From IMG/VR virus record IMGVR_UViG_3300029983_000007, positions 248,001 through 312,000 of that record: a DNA stretch of 64,000 nucleotides. One strand, given 5' to 3'. Positions within the stretch are counted from its first letter, which is position 1; every line of letters begins with the position of its first letter. The position numbers and the translations under genes were made by a program. Shown here piece by piece: positions 1 to 10,322 of this stretch. The notes below the pieces were generated by a model that was not told the DNA's origin, did not search any database, and was given only the letters and a program-made list of their open reading frames with translations.

Positions 1-38
1 TTTATGCTAAAAATACTAATAAAGTATTATTTTCTATA

Positions 39-272
39 ATGACTGGAAATGATGAGTATTTTGTATTAGATTCATTTAGAAATAGTAATAATATTATAGT
101 ATCAGAAATACCTGAATACTTAAAAACAATAAACGGAATTAGATTTAATAAACAAATATTAAATTCTGATGAATATGAATATTATATCACAGGTGATGTT
201 GATGATGTTATCAATCAAATAGGCAAAGATAAATTAATTATGTTTGCAAGCGCAAAAAAATTTAATGTGTAA
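39..272 (+). CDS. KFN-tailed cassette protein (family B), 5'-truncated by window edge
   Basis: Frame is open back to position 3; ends SAKKFNV; resembles 619..1041 and 40946..41353 (YL.TI.G...F.I.GDVD.II.QI). Confidence 0.8.
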   Translation: MTGNDEYFVLDSFRNSNNIIVSEIPEYLKTINGIRFNKQILNSDEYEYYITGDVDDVINQIGKDKLIMFASAKKFNV

Positions 273-622
273 TGAAGTATTTAAAAACATTTGAAAATAT
301 TAAAAAAAGTCTTAATTTAGGAGATTATGTAATATGTGAAGAGATACCATCTAATGGATTAGAAAAAAGAAATTTCAAAGATGTTATTGAATTTGAGAGA
401 TACAACATTGGTAAATATGTAAAGAGTATTAATGGAAATGGGAAATTCAAATATGCAATTTATTATGATAATATACCTCAAAAATTTAAAGATAAATTTT
501 TTATGAGAGAAGGTGATATAGATAAATATTGTAGAGTAATGTCTAGAAAAGAAATAATTTTTAATTCAAAAAATAAAGAAGAATTAGAAGCAATAATTAA
601 TGCAAATAAATTTAACATATGA
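272..622 (+). CDS. dual-tagged cassette protein, SH3/KOW-like GDYV family
   Basis: MKYLKTFE start, LGDYVIC motif, ANKFNI end. Confidence 0.85.
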   Translation: MKYLKTFENIKKSLNLGDYVICEEIPSNGLEKRNFKDVIEFERYNIGKYVKSINGNGKFKYAIYYDNIPQKFKDKFFMREGDIDKYCRVMSRKEIIFNSKNKEELEAIINANKFNI

Positions 623-1041
623 AATATTTAAAAACATTTGAAAAAAAATCTAAAAATATTAGTAATGTTGATGATATTAAAAAATTGTTAAGTCATTTAA
701 TTGAGATTTTCACATATTATGGTATTGATTATTCAAACTACTATGAAAATAGAAAATATGAAACAGAGTTTCATTCTTCTGGTACAACACTGTTTGAAGT
801 TTCAGTTGATACTGTTCTTGGTAGTCACTTATCTATTCATATATTCAATGGTGATCCATTTTATATCTTTCTGTTGTTTTATTTTAAAAACATTAAAGAG
901 TTAAAAATTGATTTTGAAAGTAACACTAAGATAGTATTTGATATAATAGGAGATGTGGATAATATTATTGAACAAATAACAAATGATGACATTGATTCTA
1001 ATTTTAAATTACATAATTCAGTAAATAAATTTAACTTATGA
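619..1041 (+). CDS. dual-tagged cassette protein (family B)
   Basis: MKYLKTFE...VNKFNL; ATGA overlaps both sides. Confidence 0.85.
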   Translation: MKYLKTFEKKSKNISNVDDIKKLLSHLIEIFTYYGIDYSNYYENRKYETEFHSSGTTLFEVSVDTVLGSHLSIHIFNGDPFYIFLLFYFKNIKELKIDFESNTKIVFDIIGDVDNIIEQITNDDIDSNFKLHNSVNKFNL

Positions 1042-1445
1042 AGTATATAAAGAAATATGAAAAAATTGTAGAATATGATGATATAGAAATATCAGAAGGA
1101 TCATATTGGATTATTTATGGAAGTGTATATGATGCAATATTAATTCTTAAAAAATTCAAAAAGTTATTTCCAAGTGATGAATATGAACTTGATATAAATA
1201 GAACAATAAATAGATTATATAAAGATAAAGGAAGAAATATTATTGGAGTGTATTGTTATTTTAGTTCATATGATTTTTCTTATTCATTATTAAAAAATGA
1301 AGAAGATAAAATTAGAATATATAATAATTGGCTAAAAGTTGATGTATATGACTTTAAAGGTGAACTAAAACTAGTTAATCATGAATTAGTATTAGATGAT
1401 TCTGAGAAAATAATGCTTGATAATATAAACAAATTTAATATATGA
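1038..1445 (+). CDS. dual-tagged cassette protein
   Basis: MKYIKKYE...INKFNI. Confidence 0.85.
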   Translation: MKYIKKYEKIVEYDDIEISEGSYWIIYGSVYDAILILKKFKKLFPSDEYELDINRTINRLYKDKGRNIIGVYCYFSSYDFSYSLLKNEEDKIRIYNNWLKVDVYDFKGELKLVNHELVLDDSEKIMLDNINKFNI

Positions 1446-1771
1446 AATACATTAAAACATTTGAAAAAGTTATTTATCCATTACTATATAAAGAAGGAGA
1501 TTATGTTTTATTAGACACGGAGAAAATAAATAAAAATAATAAATCTAATAATTATACTGATCAAAATATTAATTATGATAATAGATTTGGAATTATAAAC
1601 ACACAAGAATTTGATGATAGTTTTCCATTTCCGTATTTGGTTAAAACATATGCAGCAGGAGAAGATGAAGAAGGACTAAATACCTCAGATAGTGAAATAG
1701 TAAGATTAATGACGCCAGAAGAAATTAAAAATTTCAAAATAAAAATTGATGCAAATAAATTCAATATATGA
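1442..1771 (+). CDS. dual-tagged cassette protein, SH3/KOW-like GDYV family
   Basis: MKYIKTFE, EGDYVLL, ANKFNI. Confidence 0.85.
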   Translation: MKYIKTFEKVIYPLLYKEGDYVLLDTEKINKNNKSNNYTDQNINYDNRFGIINTQEFDDSFPFPYLVKTYAAGEDEEGLNTSDSEIVRLMTPEEIKNFKIKIDANKFNI

Positions 1772-2094
1772 AATACATTAAAACATTTGAAAATAAAAAT
1801 AAAGTATTTAAAGTAGGACAATATGTAATTGCTGAAAATATACCATATAAACCAAATCTTAAAAGTTTTTTTAATGATAATATAGGATTAATTATTAAAA
1901 AAGAAAAATATACTAATAGTATTAATGTAAAAATCACAGAATACATTGTAAAATACGAAAATATTCCAGATAATATAGAAACATATTTCATGAAAAACTC
2001 TATTCATTTTTACTCAGATGATTTAAGGTTGGCAACTGAAGAAGAAATAGAAAAACACGAATTAAATAATATAACAAATAAATTTAATATATAA
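1768..2094 (+). CDS. dual-tagged cassette protein, SH3/KOW-like family
   Basis: MKYIKTFE, KVGQYVI, TNKFNI. Confidence 0.85.
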   Translation: MKYIKTFENKNKVFKVGQYVIAENIPYKPNLKSFFNDNIGLIIKKEKYTNSINVKITEYIVKYENIPDNIETYFMKNSIHFYSDDLRLATEEEIEKHELNNITNKFNI

Positions 2095-2102
2095 AAATAA
2101 AC

Positions 2103-2447
2103 ATGAAATACCTAAAAGAATTTACTGATTATAGTACAAGAGTAAAAAATTGGGATTTTTCTAATACTGATAGAAATTTTGATGATTCATTGGGGCAAAA
2201 CGAATTTGATACTTCATTTAAATGGGTGGAGCAATTTGGAGGTAGAGAATTGTTATCAAGCAAATCTATAAGGAATGGTACATCATTTTTAAAAGCATTA
2301 GAAAATGGTGATATTACTATTGAAGAAATTGATAATGTGACAAAAGGTAAGAATGAACAAGCAGGTGATATACCATTTAGTGAAACATATGTTGCTAAAA
2401 ATATAGTGATCCCTCACATAGAAGATTATAAAATGAAAGAAAAATAA
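2103..2447 (+). CDS. hypothetical protein with MKYLK leader only
   Basis: MKYLKEF start, no KFN tail. Confidence 0.75.
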   Translation: MKYLKEFTDYSTRVKNWDFSNTDRNFDDSLGQNEFDTSFKWVEQFGGRELLSSKSIRNGTSFLKALENGDITIEEIDNVTKGKNEQAGDIPFSETYVAKNIVIPHIEDYKMKEK

Positions 2448-2465
2448 AACAAATATAACTTATAA

Positions 2466-2867
2466 ATGAAATATTTAAAAACATATGAATCAATAGATAA
2501 ATTAATAACAATTGAACTTTTTGACTTTTGTAATTTCTTTGGTATGCATAAAGCAGTTCAAAAATTAATTGATTTGAAAGATAATTCTGACTCTGTTGGA
2601 TTTATTATTTCAGATAATCCACATGAGCATATTTATAAAAAAAAGGACAATATGGAAATGAGAGAGAAAATAACATTTGATGATGAGTTCAATGTTAATG
2701 CAGGTGATGAATTTTCAATACGAATAGGAGATTATACTTTTAGCTATGGTTTTTTAAGAGCATTAAATGAACAGAATGAGCCAGGTGTTACTATGAATTT
2801 TTATAATGTTGATATCAAAGATGAAAATGTATTATATTATATTAGAACTAAAAAATTTAACATATAA
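2466..2867 (+). CDS. dual-tagged cassette protein
   Basis: MKYLKTYE...TKKFNI. Confidence 0.85.
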   Translation: MKYLKTYESIDKLITIELFDFCNFFGMHKAVQKLIDLKDNSDSVGFIISDNPHEHIYKKKDNMEMREKITFDDEFNVNAGDEFSIRIGDYTFSYGFLRALNEQNEPGVTMNFYNVDIKDENVLYYIRTKKFNI

Positions 2868-2869
2868 TA

Positions 2870-2941
2870 TATGACATAATTAAAAAAATATCAAAAATTG
2901 ATTTTGAATTAAAATACAATACAAATAAATTTAATATATGA
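2870..2941 (+). pseudogene. orphan 3' remnant of a cassette gene
   Basis: Start-less frame YDIIKKISKIDFELKYNTNKFNI* with the canonical ATGA overlap into 2938. Confidence 0.55.
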
Positions 2942-3126
2942 AAAACTTAAAAACATTTGAAGAATATGTTGGTGTTGAATATGTTCCATATAAGCCACAA
3001 CACAAATCTTATAAGAATGAAGAGAAAAAGAAGAAGAAAAAGAAAAATGGCGGAGGTACTCTTGAGCCAGTTGATGTTATGTCTAATAAAACTAAAGATA
3101 TGGTATCATTTCAGACAAAATTCTAA
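2938..3126 (+). CDS. small basic protein with MKNLKTFE leader
   Basis: Leader motif, Lys-rich run, ends QTKF. Confidence 0.7.
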   Translation: MKNLKTFEEYVGVEYVPYKPQHKSYKNEEKKKKKKKNGGGTLEPVDVMSNKTKDMVSFQTKF

Positions 3127-3129
3127 ATT

Positions 3130-3786
3130 ATGAAATATATAAAGAGATTTGAAAGTAATGATTATATTGTTTATTCATTAAATGATATTGTAATTTGTTC
3201 TACAAAACATGACAGATTTCATGACTATACTGGTATAATAACTCAGAATGGTGAATTAGAATATGATAATGAAAAAGAAATTAAATATTGTAGAGAATAT
3301 AAAGTTATACAAATATATTGGAGTGGAAGAGGTTATAGAAATGTAACAACCAATTTATTATATAATGCATATGTAGATGTTCAAGATATTGAAACTGATG
3401 AAATAATAACTATGAAAGACGCAAATATGTTTACATTGAAATCTGAATGGAAAATTCCAGATGAACCAATGATAGGAGATTATGTATTATGTGAAATAAA
3501 TAGTAATAAATATAGTGATGATAATATTTTTGATGAATATATAAATAATAACATTGGAAGAGTTACTATGCAAAACGAGAAAAATGAATATGTAATTGAA
3601 TATAGAGATATACCTGAAAAAATGATAGGAGAAATAAATCAGTTTTATAATAATACAAATCCATTTATTAAAGATTTAGGTAAACATAAATTTAAAATTA
3701 AAGATATTGAAATGTATTCTAAAAACAAAAAAGAAGTTGAAGAATATTTAAATATTAAAAAATCAACAAAAAAATTCAATTTATAA
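3130..3786 (+). CDS. dual-tagged cassette protein with two SH3/KOW-like units
   Basis: MKYIKRFE; SLNDIVIC and MIGDYVLC motifs; TKKFNL. Confidence 0.85.
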   Translation: MKYIKRFESNDYIVYSLNDIVICSTKHDRFHDYTGIITQNGELEYDNEKEIKYCREYKVIQIYWSGRGYRNVTTNLLYNAYVDVQDIETDEIITMKDANMFTLKSEWKIPDEPMIGDYVLCEINSNKYSDDNIFDEYINNNIGRVTMQNEKNEYVIEYRDIPEKMIGEINQFYNNTNPFIKDLGKHKFKIKDIEMYSKNKKEVEEYLNIKKSTKKFNL

Positions 3787-3800
3787 AAATCTATAATTAT

Positions 3801-4133
3801 TCATAGATTTTTTAATTTTAATAACTTATATTTACGATATTCATTTTTCCATTTATTATAAGATATTTCAATTCCATTTAAATGATATGTTTCAGTGATA
3901 GAATTTATACATTTTATTAATAGTATAGATGGCCCAAAATAATTATGTAATGCATTATTTTTATAATATGAAATTTCAGATTTGTTATTTAGTTCATGGA
4001 TTATTTTAACATATTTATATTTCTTAATAAAATTTTCTATTTTTTTAACATCATCTTTCTTAACTGAAGAAAATTTTAATGAATGATATTCTATATCGTT
4101 TTCTATTATTATGGTTGATTTGTGATTATTCAT
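3801..4133 (-). CDS. hypothetical protein, LHxxxGP-type repeat, RKxKL tail
   Basis: ALHNYFGPS motif; ends EYRKYKLLKLKNL. Confidence 0.75.
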   Translation of the reverse strand: MNNHKSTIIIENDIEYHSLKFSSVKKDDVKKIENFIKKYKYVKIIHELNNKSEISYYKNNALHNYFGPSILLIKCINSITETYHLNGIEISYNKWKNEYRKYKLLKLKNL

Positions 4134-4443
4134 AAATTGAATTTATTCGTGATTAAATCTAATTCATATTTCTCAATTTCATACTTACCTAATTTTCTTT
4201 CTATTCTATTATTAGTTACCCATAATGAGAAGTTATCAGGAGTTAAACAATGGTAATAAATATATTCACTATGAACAGGAGGATCAATATATATTATTTT
4301 AGTATATCTTGGTTTATTGCCAATAAATCCTTTTGCATATAACTTAACTTAACATAATCATCTATATTATATTTTTGAACTTCGTTATCTTCATTATCTT
4401 CATTTTCATTTAATGCTAGGTTGAACTTTTTTATGTATTTCAT
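4130..4443 (-). pseudogene. frameshifted dual-tagged SH3/KOW-like cassette gene
   Basis: MKYIKKFNL...IDDYVKL then a 5-bp duplication (plus strand aacttaacttaac at 4341-4353); removing one copy gives ...DYVKLYAKGFIG...LITNKFNL*. Confidence 0.75.
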
Positions 4444-4994
4444 AAGTTAAATTTTGATGCAGTAGTTTTTAGTTTATCTATAGTTATTATTTTAGAGCAC
4501 ATAGAATTTTCAAATTTTAATTCTTCAACACCATCTAATTCAACAGAAACAAGAGCACTTTCATTAACATACTGAAATTTTAATCCTTTTATTACACCAG
4601 AATATTTTATATCAGTCATAAAATCAACTGCTCCATCTGATATAAATTTGCCTATAATTTCATCCCTTAAAAATTTTGAATAGTGTTTATTCGGATTGTA
4701 TATTGACATATAAAAATCATGATACAATTTTGATATGTTTATTTTTAGTTCATCTTTAGTTTCTACAAAATTTCTTTCTTTTGTTACTATTTTGAATTTC
4801 TCATATAGTTCTTTTTCGCTAAGTTCATTGAAATCAGAATGTAAATTGTGATATACTTCATCATCTTCTGGATCTATTGTACCACTTTCAAATCCTGGTA
4901 CATCTTGTGGTATATCTTCTTCTTTTCTAGGCTCAAACATATCACCATATTCGCCTCTTAAATCATAGTTTTCAAATTTTTTCAAGTATTTCAT
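4440..4994 (-). CDS. dual-tagged cassette protein
   Basis: MKYLKKFE...ASKFNL. Confidence 0.85.
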   Translation of the reverse strand: MKYLKKFENYDLRGEYGDMFEPRKEEDIPQDVPGFESGTIDPEDDEVYHNLHSDFNELSEKELYEKFKIVTKERNFVETKDELKINISKLYHDFYMSIYNPNKHYSKFLRDEIIGKFISDGAVDFMTDIKYSGVIKGLKFQYVNESALVSVELDGVEELKFENSMCSKIITIDKLKTTASKFNL

Positions 4995-5006
4995 AATAAT
5001 ATATAT

Positions 5007-5039
5007 AAAAAAAAGTTAGTAAAAATTACTAACTTTTTT
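5007..5039. terminator. bidirectional intrinsic terminator
   Basis: aaaagttagta-aaaat-tactaactttt hairpin with A/T tracts. Confidence 0.7.
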
Positions 5040-5295
5040 ATAAATTTGACAACTGTTCTATTTTATCTTTTCTTTCTTGCTGTATTGAAGAAAAAAAATC
5101 ATAATAATAATATTCAGACATACCTATATAAGAATCAACATATTGATTAGATTGATTTAATCTAAATCTATATAACTGATTATCGCATTCAAGTGATATA
5201 AAATCATCTTTTTCAAAAACACTAAAAATGCCTATTATAGTATAATATTCATTCAGTTTAAAACAATTGAAACTTTTTTTACAATGAGCTTTCAT
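5038..5295 (-). CDS. small protein of the MKYLCKK.../RKxKL-tail family
   Basis: MKAHCKKSF start; ends QERKDKIEQLSNL. Confidence 0.75.
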   Translation of the reverse strand: MKAHCKKSFNCFKLNEYYTIIGIFSVFEKDDFISLECDNQLYRFRLNQSNQYVDSYIGMSEYYYYDFFSSIQQERKDKIEQLSNL

Positions 5296-5481
5296 TAATT
5301 TTTTCCTTTCTTAAAAAACTATTAATACCATAATTTTTATTGATATATTTTGCTGTTATTTAGTATTTAATCCAACTAGACTTAAAAATAAATAGCAACA
5401 AAGAATTATCTTAATCTACATATTTGTGAATGTTTGTTGAATCATCAACTTCATTAAAATTATATTTTAAAAATTTTTGAC

Positions 5482-5958
5482 TCATTTCTTTTTCTTTTCA
5501 TGTCTTTTTGTTTTAGATTGATTAAAATTTATACCACTAATACTTGGTTTTGATATACTAAAATCTAAACTATTTGATGATGTTTTAAAATCTTTTTTTA
5601 CATTTTCTGTTTTTTTAATTTCATAACTGTTTTCTAACATTTTAATATCATTAATAAAATCAAGTTGACTTTCATTAGGAGTTTCACATCCTTTATCAAA
5701 CATAATATATTCATCATCAATACTGATATATTTTAAATAATCACTCATATTAAAAATACATTTTGTTGTCTCTCCAAATATCAAATCATTATACTCTGTT
5801 ATTGTCCAAGATTTTGATTCATAATTTTTAAATATATTAATATCATCTTCATTTTTTATAAATATATTAATCCATTCAACATAATCAATAATCATATCTT
5901 TTTGCCTATTACTCATTCCTTTTTTTGAAACAACAAAACTGCTTGATTCAATTTTCAT
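5482..5958 (-). CDS. hypothetical protein
   Basis: 158-aa ORF in minus-strand operon. Confidence 0.7.
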   Translation of the reverse strand: MKIESSSFVVSKKGMSNRQKDMIIDYVEWINIFIKNEDDINIFKNYESKSWTITEYNDLIFGETTKCIFNMSDYLKYISIDDEYIMFDKGCETPNESQLDFINDIKMLENSYEIKKTENVKKDFKTSSNSLDFSISKPSISGINFNQSKTKRHEKKKK

Positions 5959-5999
5959 TTATTTACTATTATTTTTTTAATTTGAATGATTTAAACAAT

Positions 6000-6263
6000 T
6001 TATGATATATTCCATTCAGATTTTATTTTATCTTTTAATAAGACAACACATTTGTTTTTTGTTAGTTCCATAAACAACAATTCTTCTTCTATTTTTGCTT
6101 CTCTCACATATTTCCATTCTGAACATATTTTATATTCTCCTGACTGAGTTCGTCCATGTATGTGTTCACATACTATAGTATATTTTTCTTTATAATTTAA
6201 TGATAAGCAATAAATATCACCATCATTAACATATAGTTTTCTACCTTTTTTATATACTTTCAT
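6000..6263 (-). CDS. hypothetical protein
   Basis: 87-aa ORF abutting gmhA. Confidence 0.7.
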   Translation of the reverse strand: MKVYKKGRKLYVNDGDIYCLSLNYKEKYTIVCEHIHGRTQSGEYKICSEWKYVREAKIEEELLFMELTKNKCVVLLKDKIKSEWNIS

Positions 6264-6266
6264 TAT

Positions 6267-6851
6267 TTATTTTTTGAACATATATTCTTCAACTATTTCA
6301 CAAATGATATGTCCAATCATAATATGAGATTCTTGTATTCTTGGAGTATCTTCTGATGGTACATTAATCATCAAATCACACATTCCTTTAAGCTTACCAC
6401 CATCTTTACCTGTGAATGCAATAGTTATCATTCCTAACTTATTGGCTTCATCACATGCATTTAAAATGTTATTTGAGTTACCTGATGTTGATATTCCTAT
6501 TAATATATCATTTTCTCTACCCATTCCTTTTATTAATCTTGAGTATATATCATCAAACGAATAGTCGTTTGCAACAGCAGTTAAATATGATGTATTTACA
6601 TGTAATGCTTCAGCAAATAATGGATCTCTATCTATATAAAATCTACCAGATAATTCTGCCGCTATATGTTGAGCATCAGCAGCACTACCACCATTACCAC
6701 ACAAAAGAACTTTACCTCCATTTTTAAAGCAAGCAATCAATAAATCAGAAACATCTTTAATTATGCTAATTAAAGTATCATCAGAATATATTAGTTCTTT
6801 GGCATTTATTGATTCTCTTATTATATCTTTAATTTTTTTCATTTTTTTCAT
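6267..6851 (-). CDS. gmhA: phosphoheptose isomerase (SIS domain)
   Basis: CGNGGSAADAQHIAAEL, TAVANDY, ISTSGNS and PRIQESHIMIGH motifs. Confidence 0.95.
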   Translation of the reverse strand: MKKMKKIKDIIRESINAKELIYSDDTLISIIKDVSDLLIACFKNGGKVLLCGNGGSAADAQHIAAELSGRFYIDRDPLFAEALHVNTSYLTAVANDYSFDDIYSRLIKGMGRENDILIGISTSGNSNNILNACDEANKLGMITIAFTGKDGGKLKGMCDLMINVPSEDTPRIQESHIMIGHIICEIVEEYMFKK

Positions 6852-6881
6852 CTCTCTTTATTATCTTCTATCATAAAAATG

Positions 6882-7157
6882 TTATTTTTCTTTAATAGTC
6901 TTTTTAGTAGACTTTTTAGTAGTTGTTTTCTTTTTTACTTCTTTTTTAATAATTCCAATGTCTTTAACTAAAATATACGGTCCTTTAAATGTGTTGCTAG
7001 TGTATGCTTTACATTTATCTATTTCTAATTCAATTAAACATTTTTTGCAATAATTTGTATAGTATTCTCTATCAGGTACTAATGCAACAAAAACTTCTTT
7101 TGATGTAAATTCATTTAAGCACTCTGAACAAACATGAGCATCTTTTTTCTTTGCCAT
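6882..7157 (-). CDS. small putative zinc-finger protein with Lys-rich tail
   Basis: CSEC...YCKKC. Confidence 0.7.
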   Translation of the reverse strand: MAKKKDAHVCSECLNEFTSKEVFVALVPDREYYTNYCKKCLIELEIDKCKAYTSNTFKGPYILVKDIGIIKKEVKKKTTTKKSTKKTIKEK

Positions 7158-7181
7158 ATGTAATTTTATTTTTTAATTCGC

Positions 7182-7213
7182 CAAATATAGTAATTAAATT
7201 ACATATTGACAAA
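7182..7213 (-). promoter_or_regulatory. Bacteroidota sigma-A type promoter
   Basis: Minus strand TTTG-N20-TATATTTG just upstream of 7157. Confidence 0.7.
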
Positions 7214-7223
7214 TGATTTTATA

Positions 7224-7236
7224 TTTTTTATATATA
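7224..7236 (+). promoter_or_regulatory. putative phage late promoter motif TTTTT[AT]ATATATA
   Basis: Same motif precedes most cassette arrays (see findings). Confidence 0.5.
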
Positions 7237-7262
7237 ATAAAACAAGAAACTGAAAATTATAT

Positions 7263-8030
7263 ATGAAATATTTAAAAAGATATGAGAGAGTAATAAGTGA
7301 AAATGATACTGATTATTATGAGTTGGTTAATAAACTTCATGAATTGATACATGCGGTTCAAGTTAATAACATAAACAAAATTAAAATAATTTTAAGTCGA
7401 AATATAAATCTAATTAATCTTTCTGATGGAAATGAAGATAATCCTAAAACACCATTAATAAAATCAATCAATAATAGTATTCGTCTTGATAATGTAACAA
7501 AATTATTAATTGATTTAGGAGCAGATGTAAATATACCAGATGGTAAAGATATTACTCCATTATTTTATGCAATAAGTAAAGGTTATGTAGATGTAGTTGA
7601 ATTATTAATAAATGCTGGAGCAGATGTTAATTATATAATGAAAGACAATTATAAAAAAAGACAATTCAACATTTTTCATAATTCTCCATTATTAAAAGCA
7701 ATAGATTTATATAATATGTGGTATAATGATAAAGAAAAACGTCATGAAGGAGAATACATTAAAATTATAGAATTGTTAATAAATTCTGGAGCTGATTTAG
7801 AATATAAAATCAGAGAGATAACTCCATTATTAGTATCAATATCAACTAAAAGTAAAGACATATCATTTTTGTTAATTGAAGGTGGAGCGAATTTAAATGC
7901 AAAAAATAAAGATGGTGTTGATGCTTTTTCCTTATTGTCTAAATTAGATCAGAAATATGTCATTAAAAATTATTCAAAACAATATGAAAATTATTTATTT
8001 ATTAAAAAAACTGAAAAATTTAATTTATGA
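7263..8030 (+). CDS. dual-tagged ankyrin-repeat protein
   Basis: TPL...LLIxxGADVN repeats; MKYLKRYE...EKFNL. Confidence 0.9.
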   Translation: MKYLKRYERVISENDTDYYELVNKLHELIHAVQVNNINKIKIILSRNINLINLSDGNEDNPKTPLIKSINNSIRLDNVTKLLIDLGADVNIPDGKDITPLFYAISKGYVDVVELLINAGADVNYIMKDNYKKRQFNIFHNSPLLKAIDLYNMWYNDKEKRHEGEYIKIIELLINSGADLEYKIREITPLLVSISTKSKDISFLLIEGGANLNAKNKDGVDAFSLLSKLDQKYVIKNYSKQYENYLFIKKTEKFNL

Positions 8031-8458
8031 AATATATAAAAAAATTTGAAGATAATGACAATGATAATATATTATATCATAAATATGATATAGTAATTAA
8101 TGAGTGGTATAAAACTTTTGAAATTTTTTTAATTTTAAAAGATGTTTATAACTTAGATGAAGAATTTACTTGTATTTATATTGGCAGTATTTGTAAAATT
8201 AATGATATAAATCCATATTATAATATTAGATTTAGTGAATTTGCAGTTAATATAGAAACAAAGATATTAAATTCTGATTATATAAAAATAAATAATAAAT
8301 ATAAAGATTTGATATGTGATGAGATATTTGTTAAAAATGATAAAGCAACAAAACATTATTTAAGTTTAATAGAAATACTTTGCGGTGTTAATTTAAAAGA
8401 TTTACCAGAGTTGAAGAATCATTATTTGAAAATGTCAACTAGCAAATTTAATTTATAA
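8027..8458 (+). CDS. dual-tagged cassette protein
   Basis: MKYIKKFE...TSKFNL. Confidence 0.85.
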   Translation: MKYIKKFEDNDNDNILYHKYDIVINEWYKTFEIFLILKDVYNLDEEFTCIYIGSICKINDINPYYNIRFSEFAVNIETKILNSDYIKINNKYKDLICDEIFVKNDKATKHYLSLIEILCGVNLKDLPELKNHYLKMSTSKFNL

Positions 8459-8470
8459 AAAAACAAAATT

Positions 8471-8929
8471 ATGAAATATTTAGAGAGTTATAAAGAGATA
8501 AATCCAGATGATATTAAAGTTGGTGGATCATATGACAAATTACCAGGAGTAATTATTAGTGATAAACTGTATAATAAAATACCGTATATTATTAATTTTT
8601 TAAATTCAAAAAAAATAAAATTTCAATTGTTTACTAATAATGTATATTTTTTTATCATATTAAATTCTAGTAGTTATCTTGAATTATTACCATATAATTA
8701 CAATACTATGGAACATGTAATTCCTCTTTCAGATGACTATAATGATAAAAACACAGATAATCTGTTAAATAAATTACAATTAAATTGGTATGAAAATAGA
8801 TTCAGAACATATAATAAAGACGTTGAATTTATAGAATTTAAAATTGAAACATCTGATGATATGACAGAATTAAAAGAATATATTGACAACCTTTTAATTA
8901 AAAAAATTGCCAATAAATTTAATCTATAA
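8471..8929 (+). CDS. dual-tagged cassette protein
   Basis: MKYLESYKE...ANKFNL. Confidence 0.85.
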   Translation: MKYLESYKEINPDDIKVGGSYDKLPGVIISDKLYNKIPYIINFLNSKKIKFQLFTNNVYFFIILNSSSYLELLPYNYNTMEHVIPLSDDYNDKNTDNLLNKLQLNWYENRFRTYNKDVEFIEFKIETSDDMTELKEYIDNLLIKKIANKFNL

Positions 8930-8947
8930 AAAATTATATATATCATT

Positions 8948-10318
8948 ATGAGATACATTAAGACATATGAATATTACACACCTATTAAAATAAATAATGA
9001 AAAACCTTTCAAAATTGATGACGATATTGCAGATAAAATTGCATACATACAAGATAGTCTTAATAAACTTAGAAAAAGAGTTCAAAATGAAAAAGATAGA
9101 AAAACTCAAGCTGATTTAAATAGAGAGATAAATGATAAAGTCAAAAGGCTTAGTGATTTGACATTTAAACAAACAAAACAAGTTGCATATTTAAAAAATA
9201 ATCCAATAACAGAAAGTTCTGATATTGTTAATGATACACCAAATCTAATTGAAGTTTTATCATCAAAAAAATTTAAGCCAGAAGATATAGAAAAATATAT
9301 AGGATTTGATGAAGATGAAGCTATGATATGTATAGAAAAAGAACTCAGATATCCTTATAAATCTGATCCCGCATATGATGAACAAGGAGTAACTATAGTA
9401 ATAAACTCTAAAATTCTTGAAGATTTATTTAATATTGAGCATAATTCTTTACAATTTGCTTTGCAATTTAATCACTATAATAGTTATGAATATGATGTTG
9501 ATAGTGATGAATTAAATTACTTGGGTAGTTACACAAAAAAAGAGACAAACGATAAATTAATAAAATTAGCTAAAAAGTTTGGGTTTAAGTTTAAAATAAA
9601 TCCTAAAGAACACGGAGAAATCGTTGATTTTTTTGAATATTTAGGTTTGAATGATGATATAGAAACATTCAAAAATGAAATGAGTATGGCACACGAACGT
9701 GCTGTAGAAGAAGCAGCAAGAGAAACATTGAAAAAAATGCCATTTAATATTGATGACAATAGTAATAGTGATACTGATAGACAAAAATATAATATAGAAT
9801 TAGTATTTGAATATAAAACTATTATAAATTATATGAAAAAATATAAATTAGATGTAAAAACAATTAAAGAGTTTTTATCAAATATATCAGAATCAGATGA
9901 ATTGAGTCCTGAATCAATTGAATATGAAGATAGTTATAGTTATATTAATTATGATGATTTATCAAAATCTATTGATGATGTTGTTGATAAATATTTAGAA
10001 AATCCTGATGACATATTTAAAGTTTGGATTGAAAAAGACAATTTAAATATGTTCAAAAAATTTGAAAAAAAATATGCATTTTATGACTATACATATGATT
10101 TTTGGTTTAATAGCAACAGGCATAGAAATAATTTATTAGTAATGGCTAAATTATATAATGGTAAAATATTAGAATGGTTTAAAACTTATAATTTCCAAAA
10201 ATATTTAATTGGAGATGATATGGATAATTACAAATTATTAAAAAATGCAGAAATACTAAACACAGAAATTGAAAGTGAATTCAGTTATATTGTAAACGCA
10301 GATAAATTTAATATATAA
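8948..10318 (+). CDS. large dual-tagged acidic protein
   Basis: 456 aa; MRYIKTYE...ADKFNI; N-terminal coiled-coil-like segment ending PITE. Confidence 0.85.
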   Translation: MRYIKTYEYYTPIKINNEKPFKIDDDIADKIAYIQDSLNKLRKRVQNEKDRKTQADLNREINDKVKRLSDLTFKQTKQVAYLKNNPITESSDIVNDTPNLIEVLSSKKFKPEDIEKYIGFDEDEAMICIEKELRYPYKSDPAYDEQGVTIVINSKILEDLFNIEHNSLQFALQFNHYNSYEYDVDSDELNYLGSYTKKETNDKLIKLAKKFGFKFKINPKEHGEIVDFFEYLGLNDDIETFKNEMSMAHERAVEEAARETLKKMPFNIDDNSNSDTDRQKYNIELVFEYKTIINYMKKYKLDVKTIKEFLSNISESDELSPESIEYEDSYSYINYDDLSKSIDDVVDKYLENPDDIFKVWIEKDNLNMFKKFEKKYAFYDYTYDFWFNSNRHRNNLLVMAKLYNGKILEWFKTYNFQKYLIGDDMDNYKLLKNAEILNTEIESEFSYIVNADKFNI

Positions 10319-10322
10319 AAAT

